From: Malacoraja senta
Lineage: Eukaryota
Direction: 5' to 3'
Assembly: GCA_038087875.1 (NCBI GenBank)
Contig: JAXLNO010000438.1
Coordinates: forward strand, 682,001-746,000
Length of the DNA: 64,000 bases
Below the pieces are notes generated by a model that saw only the letters and a program-made list of their open reading frames with translations, was not told where the DNA came from and did no database searches. A program made the translations under genes and the position numbers. Of this stretch, positions 36,037 through 48,910 are shown piece by piece (position 1 is the stretch's first letter; each line of letters begins with the position of its first letter).

Positions 36037-38182
36037 ATCAAGGGGAAATAGACAGGGTTGTTCATTATCACCTCTGCTATTTGCTCTTGTAATAGAACCG
36101 TTAGCGGAAAGTATTGGATACATCCGAACATTCATGGGTACAGTACAAAATACTCAAATAATAAGATATCTTTATACGCAGATGATGTACTACTATATAT
36201 CACAAAATCACAAATTAGTATACCAAATATATTAAATTTAATAGAGGAATTTGGATCCTTTTCAGGATATAGAATAAATTGGAATAAAAGTGAAATTATG
36301 ATGATTAAACCTCAAGAACCGACACACCTGTCAAAATTCCCATTTAAAATCGCTTCAGAAAAATTTAATATTTGGGAATTGAAATTACTAGAAAATATAA
36401 AGCTCTATTTAATGCAAACTATATGCCCTTACTCAATAAACTAAACACACTGATTAAATTCTGGAAAACCCTCCCGATGTCTCTTATAGGCCGAATAAAT
36501 GCTATAAAAATGATCTTTTTATCACAATTTATATCTATTCCAGTCAATACTTACCAAAAATTTTTTTTTTTTTATTGGATGCTGATATTACAAACTTTAT
36601 ATGGGACTATAAATCCCACAGAATCCAAAGAAAACATTTGTGTAAACCTAAAGAATTTGGCGGCTTATCACTCCCAAATTTTTTATATTATTACTGGGCC
36701 ACAAATGTCAAAAATATGATTCACCTGTTGGACAATTCGGCCCAGCAGGTGGATTGGATAGTAATGGAGAGAGAGGACTGTTCCCCTTTTAACATAGGAG
36801 CGATCCTTCTCTCACCAACAAAAATGAAGAATACAATATATAGTAAAAATCCAATTATTCATAGTACAATTAGAATTTGGAAAATAAAATTAACGTTAAA
36901 ATTAAGAAATCTATCACTTCTCTCACCTATAATGAATAACCCTTCATTTAAACCTTCTATGATAGATAGATCTTTTATAAATTGGGAAAGAGTAGGAATT
37001 AAAACGTTTGGAGATATGCATGATAATGGAAGTTTTTTAACATTTCACCAACTACAACTTAAATACAACTTGAATAGTAATCAATATTTCAAATATTTTC
37101 AAATACGTGACTATTTGAAAAAGTATACACGAGAATATCAAAATATGTCTCCTGACCTATTAGATGGGATAATGAATATAAAAGCGGAATCAGCTAATTT
37201 AATATCATACCTATATAATTCCATTTTAAACATAGAAATTCCATCATCGGATGGGATTAGAAGAGAATGGGAACAGGAACTAGCTATAAAAATCTCGAAA
37301 GAGAGTTGGGATAAACACCTATTATATGTGCATAAATGCTCGATTAACGTAAGACATACTCTGATTCAATTTAAAATTTTACATAGATTATACTATTCAA
37401 AAGCTAAATTAAGTAAATTTTACCCAAATACCTCTGCTATCTGTGATAAATGCCTAATCCAAGAATCAACTATAGCACATTCTTTTGTTTTTTGTATAAA
37501 AATCAAAAAATTTTGGAATTAAATTTTTGAAATTTTCACTAAATTATTTAAAATAAAACTGAAACCGAATGCAGAATTGATTATTTTTGGAACAATAGAA
37601 GCAAGTTTGGAGCTGACTTCGTTTCAAAGGAGTTTTCTTAATTATGGCTTAATAACGGCAAAAAAACTGATACTGAAATTCTGGAAAAATGCTCCTACGC
37701 CAACAATATAAATGTGGACTTCTAATATGTCGGAATTGTTACACCTAGAAGATATGAGATTCCTCCTAGCCGGTAAACAAGACCAATTCCAAAAGATTTG
37801 GTCTCCAGATATCGACTTATTACAAACATAGGGTGCAACAAAATGTTGATAATAAATGGTTTTAGGACCTGGCGAGGGGTGAGTAAAGATAAGAAATAGG
37901 TACATCCCTTTCATATTGTCCTATCTTACTTTCTTTTTTCTTTTTCCTCCTTTTGGTTTTTTTCTTTTCTTTTTTAACTATTTCTTGTGGTTTAGGCTCA
38001 TATGGGTGTTCCTGGACCACTCTCTCAATCACTCACTGACTATCTTTACTAACTCTTTCTATCCTTTTTTTCTATTAAAGTTTAAAATAAGAAGTGGTAT
38101 AAGAAAAGTATAAACTTACGTTATTGCAGATTACTGTAATGTAAAATACTTCTAATAATTTTTTTTTTTTTAATAAAAAATA
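36037..38182 (+). mobile_element. L1/Tx1 LINE, 5'-truncated (third subfamily)
   Basis: RGNRQGCSLSPLLF, SLYADD, GGLSLPNF, ICDKC...HSFVFC; T-rich 3' UTR; 14-bp TSD AAAATGCTTGAACA at 36023-36036 and 38183-38196. Confidence 0.95.
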
Positions 38183-38276
38183 AAAATGCTTGAACAGAAA
38201 GCATGTGTCCTGTATTTTGATTTCTGCATTAATTGCAAGCATCAGTGTCTCCTTATCTTCATGCCTCAATTCTAAC

Positions 38277-38587
38277 AGTTTAGTTTAGTTTAGAGATACA
38301 GTGCGGAAACACACCCTTCGGCCCTCGAGTCCACGCCGACCAGCGATCCCCACACATTAACGCTACCCTACACACACTAGGGACAATTTACACTTATACC
38401 AAGCCAATTAACCTTAAACCTGCACGACTTTGGAGTGTGGGAGGAAACCGAAGATCTCGGAGAAAACCCACGTGGTCACGGGGAGAACGTGCAAACTCCG
38501 TACAGACAGCGCCCGTAGTCAGGATCGAAATGGGGTCTCCAGCACCGCAAGCGCTGTAAGGCAGCAACTCTACCACCGTGCCGCCCC
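38277..38587 (-). mobile_element. V-SINE (HE1-like)
   Basis: Reverse complement of the 11407 family, with (TTTAG)n at the left end. Confidence 0.85.
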
Positions 38588-40079
38588 AGTCTCGTTTGTG
38601 TTTTTATCTCTCCATTGCCTTAACTGCTGCGAGCTGATTGAGTTATTGTTTCCACCTAACCCTCCTGTTGTTGACCAATGCCTCATTCTTTCTCTTTCAC
38701 GAGAGGAGGCTGGTCGCTTATTCTTCAAAGCTCTGACCCTAACACTTTAGCCTTCCTTGCGTATTCCTTCAAAAGGCTGGTAAAAAAAAGTAATATCAAA
38801 TATGGCATGTGAATGTGTGTGTGGTGAGGAGGGATTGCAAATCCAAGAGTTTGAAGAGAAGCTACTTCCAGTCTTCTATTACACTGTTGAAGAAATTGTG
38901 ATGAAAAACCAAAAAGAATAGCACAAATGTATGAAAGAAGCACCAATAGCATTCAGGCCCTTTCCTGAACACATGTTGCTGGCTCCTTCACTCACTCATT
39001 CAATCTACTCACCAGTCTATTTTACTCTCATGGGACAAGTTCCAGTGTTTTATTTTCTCTCCAAGAGGCATACCAAATCAATACAAAAATATACAAGAGG
39101 CGGATAATAAATAAATTGGAACCGGTAACAAAAAGATTAACGGTTGTACCTTCATCACCCAAACTAGTTCTTATAATAAATCAATGTTTGAACTTTTTTG
39201 ATAACTAGTGAATAAAGAAGATGAGCACAGAAGATCATAACTGAGTAAAGGAAAAGTGTTCTTTGATCCATATCTCACATCAAGTTGCATTACAATTGAT
39301 CTAATGTGCTCATCCAAGCATCAGATTTCTGCAAGCTTTTAGTTCTGTCATTTGTTTCCAAGGCGGCAGCAATGTCAGTCCATAAAAAATATAACTGATA
39401 GGCACCTTCAATAGTTCTTCATAGATTCTTCAGATGCATGACTTGGAATATTTCAAAACTTTAGAGACATCATTACACCTATCATTCATTAATCAAATCT
39501 GTGTGAGTCTTTGCAGAAAAACAGGATAACACAAACTTATTTATTAAAATTCAACTTCTATTTTCATTCATATAGCACAGGGGTGGAGTCTCTACTGCAC
39601 AGCTTTAATGTTTGTCAAACCAATAAACATGAAAGATGAAAAGGAAAAAAGTTCAGTCCTGAAAGATTGTTGGATTAGAAAGCCATAGAGATTAAAACAA
39701 TTTAAATGTGTAGATGGTTGAATTCGGAAATGAAACAGAAAGTGCAGGAAATACTCAACCAGTCAGGCAGCATCTGGAATCAACGAAAAAGAGTGAACAT
39801 TTCAATGAATTACCTTAATGAAAAGTCACTCAATAAAACATTAACACCATTTCTCTACCCACGAGCCTGCCAAGGATATCAAACATTTTTTGCTTTTGTT
39901 GAAGATTGTAAGTGAAAAGGAAAAAGCTGTTCTGAAATCAAGAAGACTTGTTCATAGAGGCAGAGTGCATGGCACAGGCACAAAATTAGTACTGAATTAG
40001 GCTTTACAAATGAAGATACGGTTGGAGCCTTAACAAAGAAAAACGTAGTTGAGATGAGAAAGGATTATAAATTTCAACA

Positions 40080-40290
40080 CGTCCCAGCTACACTAGTCCC
40101 ACTTGCCTGCGCTTGGTCCATATCCCTCCAAACCTGTCCTATCCATGTACCTGCCTAACTGTTTCTTAAATGTTGGGATAGTCCCTGCCTCAACTACCTC
40201 CTCTGGAAGCTTGTTCCATACACCCGCCACCCTTTGTGTGATAACGTCACCCCACAGATTCCTATAAAATCTTTTCCCCTTCACCTTAAG
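40080..40290 (-). mobile_element. CR1-like 3' fragment
   Basis: TQRVAGVWNKLPEEVVEAGTIPTFKKQLGRYMDRTGLEGYG. Confidence 0.8.
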
Positions 40291-41719
40291 GGGTCCTCGA
40301 GTCCTACACAAAAGACTTGATTCTCAATTGTTCGCTGAATTTTTCCAAGTACTTCACTTATCTGTGAATAACCACTGCAAAGAGCAACAATAATTCAGTG
40401 GTATTATCTGACATTCCTTTCAAAATCTGACTCCATAATGAAGAACAGAATAAACTAGAATAAATGTGCCACATGTCCCATACCTAGTAATATGCCTTTG
40501 GAACACGTTTGGGACATCCAGAGGTCCATTATTTCCTTTAATACTTGCATGATGAAATGCTTTTACAAATCTAGGACTGCGGTGGATAGTTCCCCATTGC
40601 CAGAGTGTTGCAGTGCCCACATGACCACACCAAACGACTCCACTATAGGCACAGTGCCACACTGAATGTAGTCCAAACCTCATTCAAGGTCAACCTCAAC
40701 TGAGTGCACCACATGAATAACACCCTTGATAAATTGGTTAACATTTTCATGATTTATGTTATTTATGCTGGTTTAACATAACAGCTGTGGAATACATGCT
40801 GTTTAAGAGAACACCGATTGAGGTGCTTGATTAAAAAAGACAGTTGTCATGATGGTGAACATTTTACTGAATTTCATAACTTTAAAAGGTGGAGAAAGCT
40901 GATTAATTTGTTCCTTTCATAAAATATGTAAAAGAGTAAAAATTACAGGACTTTGGTGAAGGAATCTGAGAACTGAACCAACCCAATAGCTCTTACAATA
41001 AGTTAGGTTTCCAGTCCACAGGCAGAATTAAAGTGTTATTTTCCTGTAATGGAGCCAAGTAGTCCAGATTGTGGGAAGCAGACTTGGGTTTACAAAGTTA
41101 GAGCCCCACTGACGTTTAGCAAGGATCTACGTCACAATTACGCTTCAGACTTGCAACAGGCTACAAACACAACAGAATGAGCCAGGACATGTTGGGAAAG
41201 GTGTTTTGTGCTACAACTGGCAGAAAGTTTGCAAATCCCTGTGCAACTGCCTAAGGTCCAAATTTACTGCCTAAATCCACCAGATGACTTCCTGGGTGAG
41301 CTCCTCTAATGAACTCCCCACAAACTTACCAGAGTTTCCCAGCTGTTTCTGTGGGGAATCTGATCATAAACTTGCACCAGGTCTAAAGCTCAATTATTTG
41401 ATAAGGATAAAATTAAATGAAAGGTAATTTCTTTGTTGAATTACTTGGGTTCACCTAAAGGATTTTATTTCTTTAAACTTGTTCATTGGTTTTTCTGCTT
41501 TTTAATCCACTTTTTAATAGTTTCATCCAAAATTAATTAAACATAATTAAAAGTCTTTTTCAGCCATTTCAAAACCAGAACTTGTTCCGGTTCACCTGCA
41601 TGGCACACATTATCACCTCGTGCACCAGTGCAAGTTCACGTTGGCTGATCCACAGAAGGTAAACTTGTAACTTGTAGAAACAAAGAACTGCAGATGCTAG
41701 TTTCCAAAAAAGTGACGTT

Positions 41720-41768
41720 GTAGATCAGGTCTGAAGAAGGGTCCCGACCCGAAATGTCACCTATCTAC
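41720..41768 (+). ncRNA. Minimal type-I hammerhead ribozyme-like motif in a Penelope-derived repeat
   Basis: Stem I GTAGAT(C)AGGT / ACCTATCTAC; core CTGAAGA; stem II GGGTC-CC-GACCC; then GAAA-TG-TC (likely ancestral GAAACGTC). Confidence 0.65.
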
Positions 41769-42276
41769 AGTATGTTCTCTAGGGATGCTGCCTGACCAAC
41801 TGAGTTACACCAGCACTTTGTGTCTTAAGCTGATGACCTCCCAGCATGTTCTGTCGCATTAGCTTTCATAGATAAGACATTAATCCCCTCTGTGCCAATG
41901 TCATCATTTACAACTTTCTTTAACTTTAAGGGCAATCAATTAAGGACAACTTTAAGGACAATCAATCCCCAAAATTTAACTCCTACCCTACAGCTTTCGA
42001 GTGAATGGCTATAAAACAACAAAGAGGTACACAGTCTAGTGCCAGTTCAGATCATTGAGTTAGATTTTACTTCGGAGTCACGTGAGTGACTATGTGAAGA
42101 ACCCCGCCAGTGCGCCTGCGCGTCATTACGTCAGACACCTTGACGCAAACGGACGTGAGGAGCAGAGCTCATCTAATGGATTTGTAGTTTTTTAACTACA
42201 AGGTAAGTAAAAACTTTTTTCAGTATTTTCAGGTCCGTTTACTGTTGGTCCGTGGGGATTTTTTCCACAGACGCCA

Positions 42277-43400
42277 TGGAAAAAACGGGCAGGGGGAAGA
42301 GGCGAGCGACTCAGCCGACAGAAAGTCGGGAAAGTCGGGAGTCTGCGGTTAGCGACCAACCGCCTCTAACCCCGGTACAGTCGCCAGCGGTGAGCATAGC
42401 GACTGTGGACCTGGGGCAGTCAGCGCCTATCGGGCTCAAGGCCAAGTTCAAATCGAAATGGGCCACGGAGGAGGAGTCCCAGGAAATGGAAATGGAAGAA
42501 GCTCCAGGGCTAGATACGGCTTCTAAGCGTATTGCCCAAATGGAAAGCCTGCTACATAGGCTGTTGGAGCGAAGCACACTCAGGTAAGAGTGTACTGAAA
42601 TCCAAGCTGCTGAAAGCAGCTCAACAGCTTCTGGTACAGGGCTGATAGAATGCACCCTCAGGGATGAGGAGCGTGCCACGGGTCATGAGATTTCAGACCC
42701 CGACTCTGACGGTGAGGCTGTACAAGGTGAAGAACGGCAGCTGCCAGATGTTCCATCCCTGGCAGTACGATTCGCTGCCCCGTCAGTGTCAGGAGAGCCA
42801 TTAGGAGAAGAATTGGCCTCCCTAATAAATTACTTGGTTTCCCATCAGCTGGAACAGCAGGAGATGGATGAGAATGCAAGAAAATATGAGTTGAGTATGA
42901 GAACTCAAGAATTGAAATTGCAGAGAATATTAAAACTGCTGGGTTCTGGAATAACTGCTTTTGCCAGAATAGCGGATAAAAGCCAAGAGATGACGGAGTT
43001 GCATCAGGAAGCACTGGGGTTGCTATGCAGCACCCACTTCGAGATCAATTGTCTGAGGAAAGGTGCTATACGGCCTACTATGAATCCGAAATTCGCAGCA
43101 CTCTGCAAACCAAGTAATGTACAATTACCCAACTTACTCTTTGGAGAGGATCTCGGGAGACGTATTAAAGAGTTGGAAGATGAAGCGAAAACAGGATTGA
43201 TGAAAACATCAATGGTTGTAAAGTCTGTAAAGAGGAAGTATCCTTTCAGACGTCATACGGATCCTGGACCAGGACCAAGTCGCTCATTAACGCAGGGACG
43301 TAGCTGGCGGCCTGCAGCCGGAGCAAGAACCAGTGGGGGTGCTTCCGGGAGAATCCAGGGATCTCAGAGTCCTCAAATGACTCAAGAGGTAGGTGGACCT
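42277..43400 (+). pseudogene. DIRS ORF1 (gag-like)
   Basis: ORFs 42252-42587 and 42786-43523; INCLRKGAIRP...LLFGEDL motif typical of DIRS ORF1. Confidence 0.75.
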
Positions 43401-45295
43401 GGTTCTCATGGGAACATACTAACCGGATTAAGTCCAAAAGTTGGAGGCAGATTACGTCTCTTCTATAACAATTGGAAGATTACTTCAGATGTGGTAATTC
43501 TGAATAATATACAAGGATTTTGAATTGAATTCAATCCAAATTATGATTTGCCTGTCCAGCATGTTCCTAGCAGAACTCTCCACTTTGCACAAAAAGAAGT
43601 GATGGAGGTTCAAGCTGCGCTTCAAACCCTATATATAAAAGGTGTTATTGAAGAATCAGTCTACCAAATTCACCAATTTGTGTCAAATATATTCCCTCGA
43701 TCAAAAAAGGATGGAGGATGTAGGATTATTATAGACTTGACAAGTCTGAATCCTTTTGTTCAAGTTAGACATTTAAAAATGGAGACATTTGTACTGCCAA
43801 ACATCTTATCTCAGAAGCATGTTTTATGGCAACTATAGATTTAAAAGATGTATATTATTCAGTGTCTGTTCACTTGGAAGATATGAAGTATCTTAAATTT
43901 ACATGGATGAACCAGTTAGGGCAGTTCAAAGCTCTGCCTAATGGGTTAACGTCCGCTCCCAGAATATTCACAAAATTGTTAAAATCAATTCTGGGGTAGC
44001 TGAGAAGCCAGGGGCATGTACTAATGGCATACTTGGATGATGTCCTGATTATAGGAAGGACAAAACAGTCAACAGAAGCATCTGTTGCAGTTGTGAAACC
44101 AACTTTTGAAAGTTTGTGGTTTTCTAAATTCATCCAAAGAAATCAAGGTTAACAACATGTACCTCGATTGATTATTTGGGGTTCACAATTGATTCAGCCC
44201 AAATGAAAATTACTTTGCCCAGTGAAAAAAGGGTGGAGTTGATTAAAGATTGCAGTAATCTGTTAAACGAGCAAAAACCCTTAATCAGACAGGTGGCTCG
44301 AGTACTGGGAAAATTAGATTCCCAGCAGTCCAGTACGGACCATTACATTATCAACAGCTGCAGAGAGTTAAACAACCGGCACTGAGAATGACTGCTGGTC
44401 ATTTTGATAGAACCATGCAACTAACAACAAATGCTGTTTCTGATCTGCAGTGGTGGATTCTACATGTCTCAAGCAGTTCCGGCAAAGTGCTGATTGAACA
44501 ACCTTCCATGATATTACAAACTGATGCCAGTGCACTAGGATGGGGTGCAACTGACTTAACATCTAGCTGCGGAGGCAGATGGAATCAGGAAGTGTCATTG
44601 TTACTGCAGACATGGGGAACTAACTATTTGGAGCTTTTAGGATGTTTCTATGGACTCCAAGCTTATTGTTCTAACACAACTAAAAGGCATGTTTCAAGTG
44701 CAAATTGATAAACACAACAGCAGTTGCCTATATTAATGATATGGGTGGAATTAAGTCGGTGTCATGTGACAAAATGGCTAATCAACTTTGGTCTTGGTGT
44801 ATTGAAAAGAACGTTTGGATTTCAGCTATCTATCTACCAGGTAGAATGAACACGATAGCAGACACCAGTTCACGAAAGTTCCATGATAATAAAGAATGGA
44901 TGTTGAATCGAGAGGTGTTCAATGATATAGTAATCAGATTTGGAATGCCCGACATTGACTTGAATCATCAGCTATCGAGATATGTCTCATGGGAACCAGA
45001 TCCAGGAGCAGTGGCGATTGATGCTTTCTCACTACATTGGGGTGGTATGTTTTCATATATATTTCCACCTTTCTGCCTCATAAGCCAATGTTTGCTTAAA
45101 ATCAGGCAAGATGCTGCTTCAGGGGTATTGGTAGTACCAGATTGGCCTACACAGCCATGGTATCCATTGATATTAGAATTAACAACACAAATGTTGATGA
45201 AAGTCCCAAAAAGGAGTAATTTATTGCTGCACCCTGTAACAGGGGAACAACATCCATTATATGATCGTTTGGATTTGTTGATTTGCAGGTTTTAA
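43400..45295 (+). pseudogene. DIRS RT / RNase H / Dam-like methyltransferase ORF
   Basis: VGGRL, KKDGGCRIIIDLTSLN, YLDD (44030-44041), QTDASALGWG, NYLELL, IADTSSR, AIDAFSLHW, YIFPPF, VPDWPTQPWY; stops and frameshifts. Confidence 0.92.
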
Positions 45296-46293
45296 GAAGG
45301 CCTTTTCTGGGGCGAGGACTGTCTGAGCGTACTGTGGACATGCTTACGGCAGCCTGGAGGAAGAGCACTCAAAAACAGTACCTTTCTTATATTAAGAAAT
45401 GGGAAGAGTTCTGTGTACAAAAGAATGTGCAATATAGTACTGCAGATATTTCAAATGTTTAGAAATTCTGTCAAAACTTTATTATGATGAAGGTCTGAGT
45501 TGTAGTGCAATTAATTCAGCAAGAAGATTCATTCAATGACAATAAACAGCATTCAATTCAATTGTCCTCATATTTGGTTCTGGATTCAGAAAGAACCCCA
45601 ATTGGGTCACACCCAATTGTTTCCAGACTAATGAAAGGAATCTTTAATTCCAAACCACCGAAACCTAGGTACATGACAATCTGGGATGTAAGTGTGGTAC
45701 TGAAACTACTTTGTGAATGGTCACCAAGTGTGTCTTTACCTTTGGCCAAGCTCAGTATGAAAGTATTCATGCTTATGGCATGAGTGACAGCACAACGAGT
45801 GCAAACACTTGGAAAATTACAAATAGACAGTATGGAAGTAACTGAAGACAAGGTTACATTCTATATCTATGACCTACTAAAACAAATTAGGCCAGGTGTG
45901 ACAGGATTTAAAATTATGCTAGCAGCATATCCAAATGACCCTTGTCTCTGTGTTAAGACATATTTGTTACAATACATTGAGGTCACAAAGAATTTGAGAA
46001 ATATGGAAACTGGGTTGTTGATCACACACAAGAAACCACACAAGAGAGTTTCAATACAGACTATTTCCAGAAGGATAAAAGAAGTCTTAACAGCTGCTGG
46101 TATTAACACTTATGTTTTTACGTCTCACTCGACTAGGGCAGCAGAAACATCGGCGGCCAGGGCAAAAGACGTCCCCGTCGACCATATCCTCACAGCCGCC
46201 GGGTGATCCAATGAGTTGATGTGTCAACATTTTTACCATCGGCCTATTGTTAATGTGGGATTGTTTGCAGAAACTATTTTAAGTTCTGTGTAG
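45296..46293 (+). pseudogene. DIRS tyrosine recombinase
   Basis: TAQRVQTL (catalytic R), HSTRAAETSAA (HxxR), ILTAAG[W changed to stop] and a downstream FY. Confidence 0.92.
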
Positions 46294-47732
46294 ATTCCTC
46301 TGGTTTAAAGGGGATCTGATTAATTTCATTATTGAAATGAATTACTGCATTTGTGATACAAATGTTATTATGAATGCATGATTGATTATTCTCGTTCCGA
46401 GTCAATCAATGCAGTGAGAAGCCGGGATTGATCTACGGCATGAAATCACAAAGCTTTTAAATCTTCACGTAGTCACTCACGTGACTCCGAAGTAAAATAG
46501 TAAGATTAAACGAGAACTTACCTAAGTTTGAAGTTTGATCTTTATTTTATGAGGAGTTACGTAGGTGATTACGTGCCCACCACGACCCTACCCTCTATCA
46601 TAAAGGTCAGATGGAAGTTCTTGTATTACTCATTTTATTATGAGACTATATTACTTCGGTTGTTGTTTTTTGTGATTTCACACCGCTGCTTTGAAGATTG
46701 ACGCACTGGCGGGGTTCTTCACGTAATCACCTACGTAACTCCTCATGAAATAAAGATCAAACTTCAAACTTAGGTAAGTTCTCGTTTAATCTTACTATTC
46801 TCATCTCAAACTATACTCTCAAGACTTCCACTTATCATCATGGTCAACACTGATAGCAGCAATGGGATACTCTGTTGTCCAAGGTGCTGCTACTCGGATA
46901 AGATCTAATATCTTAATTCCCAGATAAGATCTTAATGGGATAAGTTAATTAATTGAATATTATCTCATGCATATTGATGCATTGGCCAATATTAATCTTC
47001 ATCAGGAAATAATGAAATAATCTAACTAGTCCTTCATCTTATTACCATAATAAAGTCCATACTGTAGAAAATAATTGTGCCATGGTGAGCCTAGTAACAA
47101 AAGTGATCGAATTCTGTAATTTATCATATGTACCCTAATTTGATGCATTTTGTGGAAGTATTTCAAACTTTGCTTGTGATGAAAGGTCGCTGTTTTATAA
47201 TGTTAGTTCAGTTACTCTCTCTTCACCTATTGATAGTTGATTTCAGACTATTCCTTTTCATTTTTCTTTTCACATATCCTATGGTTAAAACCATGGATAA
47301 ATCTCTGGAACTTAACAGTAAATAATTGTGTTTAGCTATGTAATTGGTTCCATCTGGTAACGAGCTTGAACCAAATTTGAAGGTGTAACGGAACAAAGAG
47401 AAAATTACCAAATTAATTTAATTTTATTGATGGAATTGCTTTGAAAATGTTATTCAAGACAGTCAACTAATCAACAGTTACTTGGCACTCAGCGCACTCT
47501 ACAATTTACAATTAATTTACAATAAATAGATTAATTACAGTCTTTAAAAAAAATCCTAGTTGATCTAAGAATACAAGCAAAGATCAAATTAAGCAGACCT
47601 CTAAATATAATTGAGTAACTTTTAAAGTAGCCCCAATTTGGTTTATGTATACAAACCAGAGAATACTGCATCAGAACTGGGCAGCCATTGTTTGTATAAA
47701 ACCTGACTTTGGTTTGAGGATTTTTTTTAAAG

Positions 47733-47943
47733 GACACAAAATGCTGGAGTAACTCAGTAGTTCATGCAGCATCTCTGGAGAACATGGGCAGATGGTGCTT
47801 CGAGTCGACACCCTTTTTCACTCTGAAGAGCCTTCTTTGTCATCTATCCATGTTCTGCAGAGACGCTGCCTGAATCGCTGAATTACTCCAGCACTTTGTG
47901 TCCTTTTGATTATTAACCAGCATCTGCAGTTCTTTGTGTCTAC
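47733..47943. mobile_element. Penelope-derived palindromic short element
   Basis: GACACAAAATGCTGGAGTAACTCAG ... CTGAATTACTCCAGCACTTTGTGTC inverted arms. Confidence 0.7.
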
Positions 47944-48047
47944 ACTTAGGTTTGAGGATGATGGCTATGTCCTGAGTGGGAATTGTGTTCATTTGCGTTA
48001 TAGTAGCTGTCCTAATTTTAAGACCAGTTTTGACTGCAGAACATGAA

Positions 48048-48910
48048 TAAGCAGGAAAAATGTTCCCAGTGTTGGGGGAGTCCCGAACCAGGGGTCGCAT
48101 TTTAAGAATAAGGGGTAGACCATTTATGACTGAGATGAGGAAAAACTAAATCAGTTACTGGAGATATAATTAAAAGTCTTTTTCAGCCATTTCAAACCCA
48201 GAACTTGTTCTGGTTTATCTGCATGGCATACAGTATTACACCAGTGCCCCAGTGCAAGTTCACGTTGGCTGATCCACAGAAGGTAAACTTGTAACTTGTA
48301 GAAACAAAGAACTGCAGATGCTGGTTTCCAAAAGTGTGATACTGTGTTTGCCACTGTTGACATCGTAGCATGTGCATTAGCTTTCACAGATAAGACTTTA
48401 ATCCCATCTGTGCCAATGTCATCATTTACAACTTTCTTTTAAGGACAATCAATCCCCTAAATTTAACTTCTACCCTACAGCTTTGGAGTGAATGGTTATA
48501 AAACAATAAAGAGGTACACAATCTAGTGCCAGTTCAGATCATTGAGTTATATTCTCATCTCAAACTATACTCTCAAGACTTCCACTTATCATCATGGTCA
48601 ACACGGATAGCATTAATGGGAACCTCTGTTGTCCAAGGTGCCACTTCTCGGAAAAACTTTTTCACCTAGGGAGTTGTGAATCTGTGGAATTCTCTGCTAC
48701 AAAAGGCAGTGGAAGCCAATTCACTGGATGTTGTGAAGAGGGAGTTCGATTCAGCTCTTAGGGTTAAAGGAATCAAGGGAGATGGGGAAAAAGCAGGAAC
48801 GGGTACTGATTTTAGATGATCAGCCATGATTATATTGAACGGCGGTGCTGACTCGAAGGGCCAGATGGCCTACTCCTGCACCTATTTTTCTATGTTTCTA
48901 TGTTTCTATG
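48048..48910 (+). mobile_element. CR1 3' fragment split by a ~500-bp insertion
   Basis: ...GAGATGAGGAAAAACT at 48147 resumes as GGAAAAACTTTTTCACC at 48650; (TTTCTATG)n tail to 48910. Confidence 0.88.
48148..48649 (+). repeat. Local duplicate of the pre-DIRS locus (41544-42063 joined to 46797-46897)
   Basis: Collinear and roughly 90% identical by eye; flanked by 9-bp direct repeats GGAAAAACT (48139-48147, 48650-48658). Confidence 0.92.

Larger units (their letters stand above)
42064..46799 (+). mobile_element. DIRS1-like retrotransposon, copy 2, full-length but with disrupted ORFs
   Basis: Left ITR 42064-42125, ICR 46463-46575, right ITR 46699-46799, ATT at both junctions. Gene order is ORF1, RT, RH, MT, YR. 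Confidence 0.96.
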
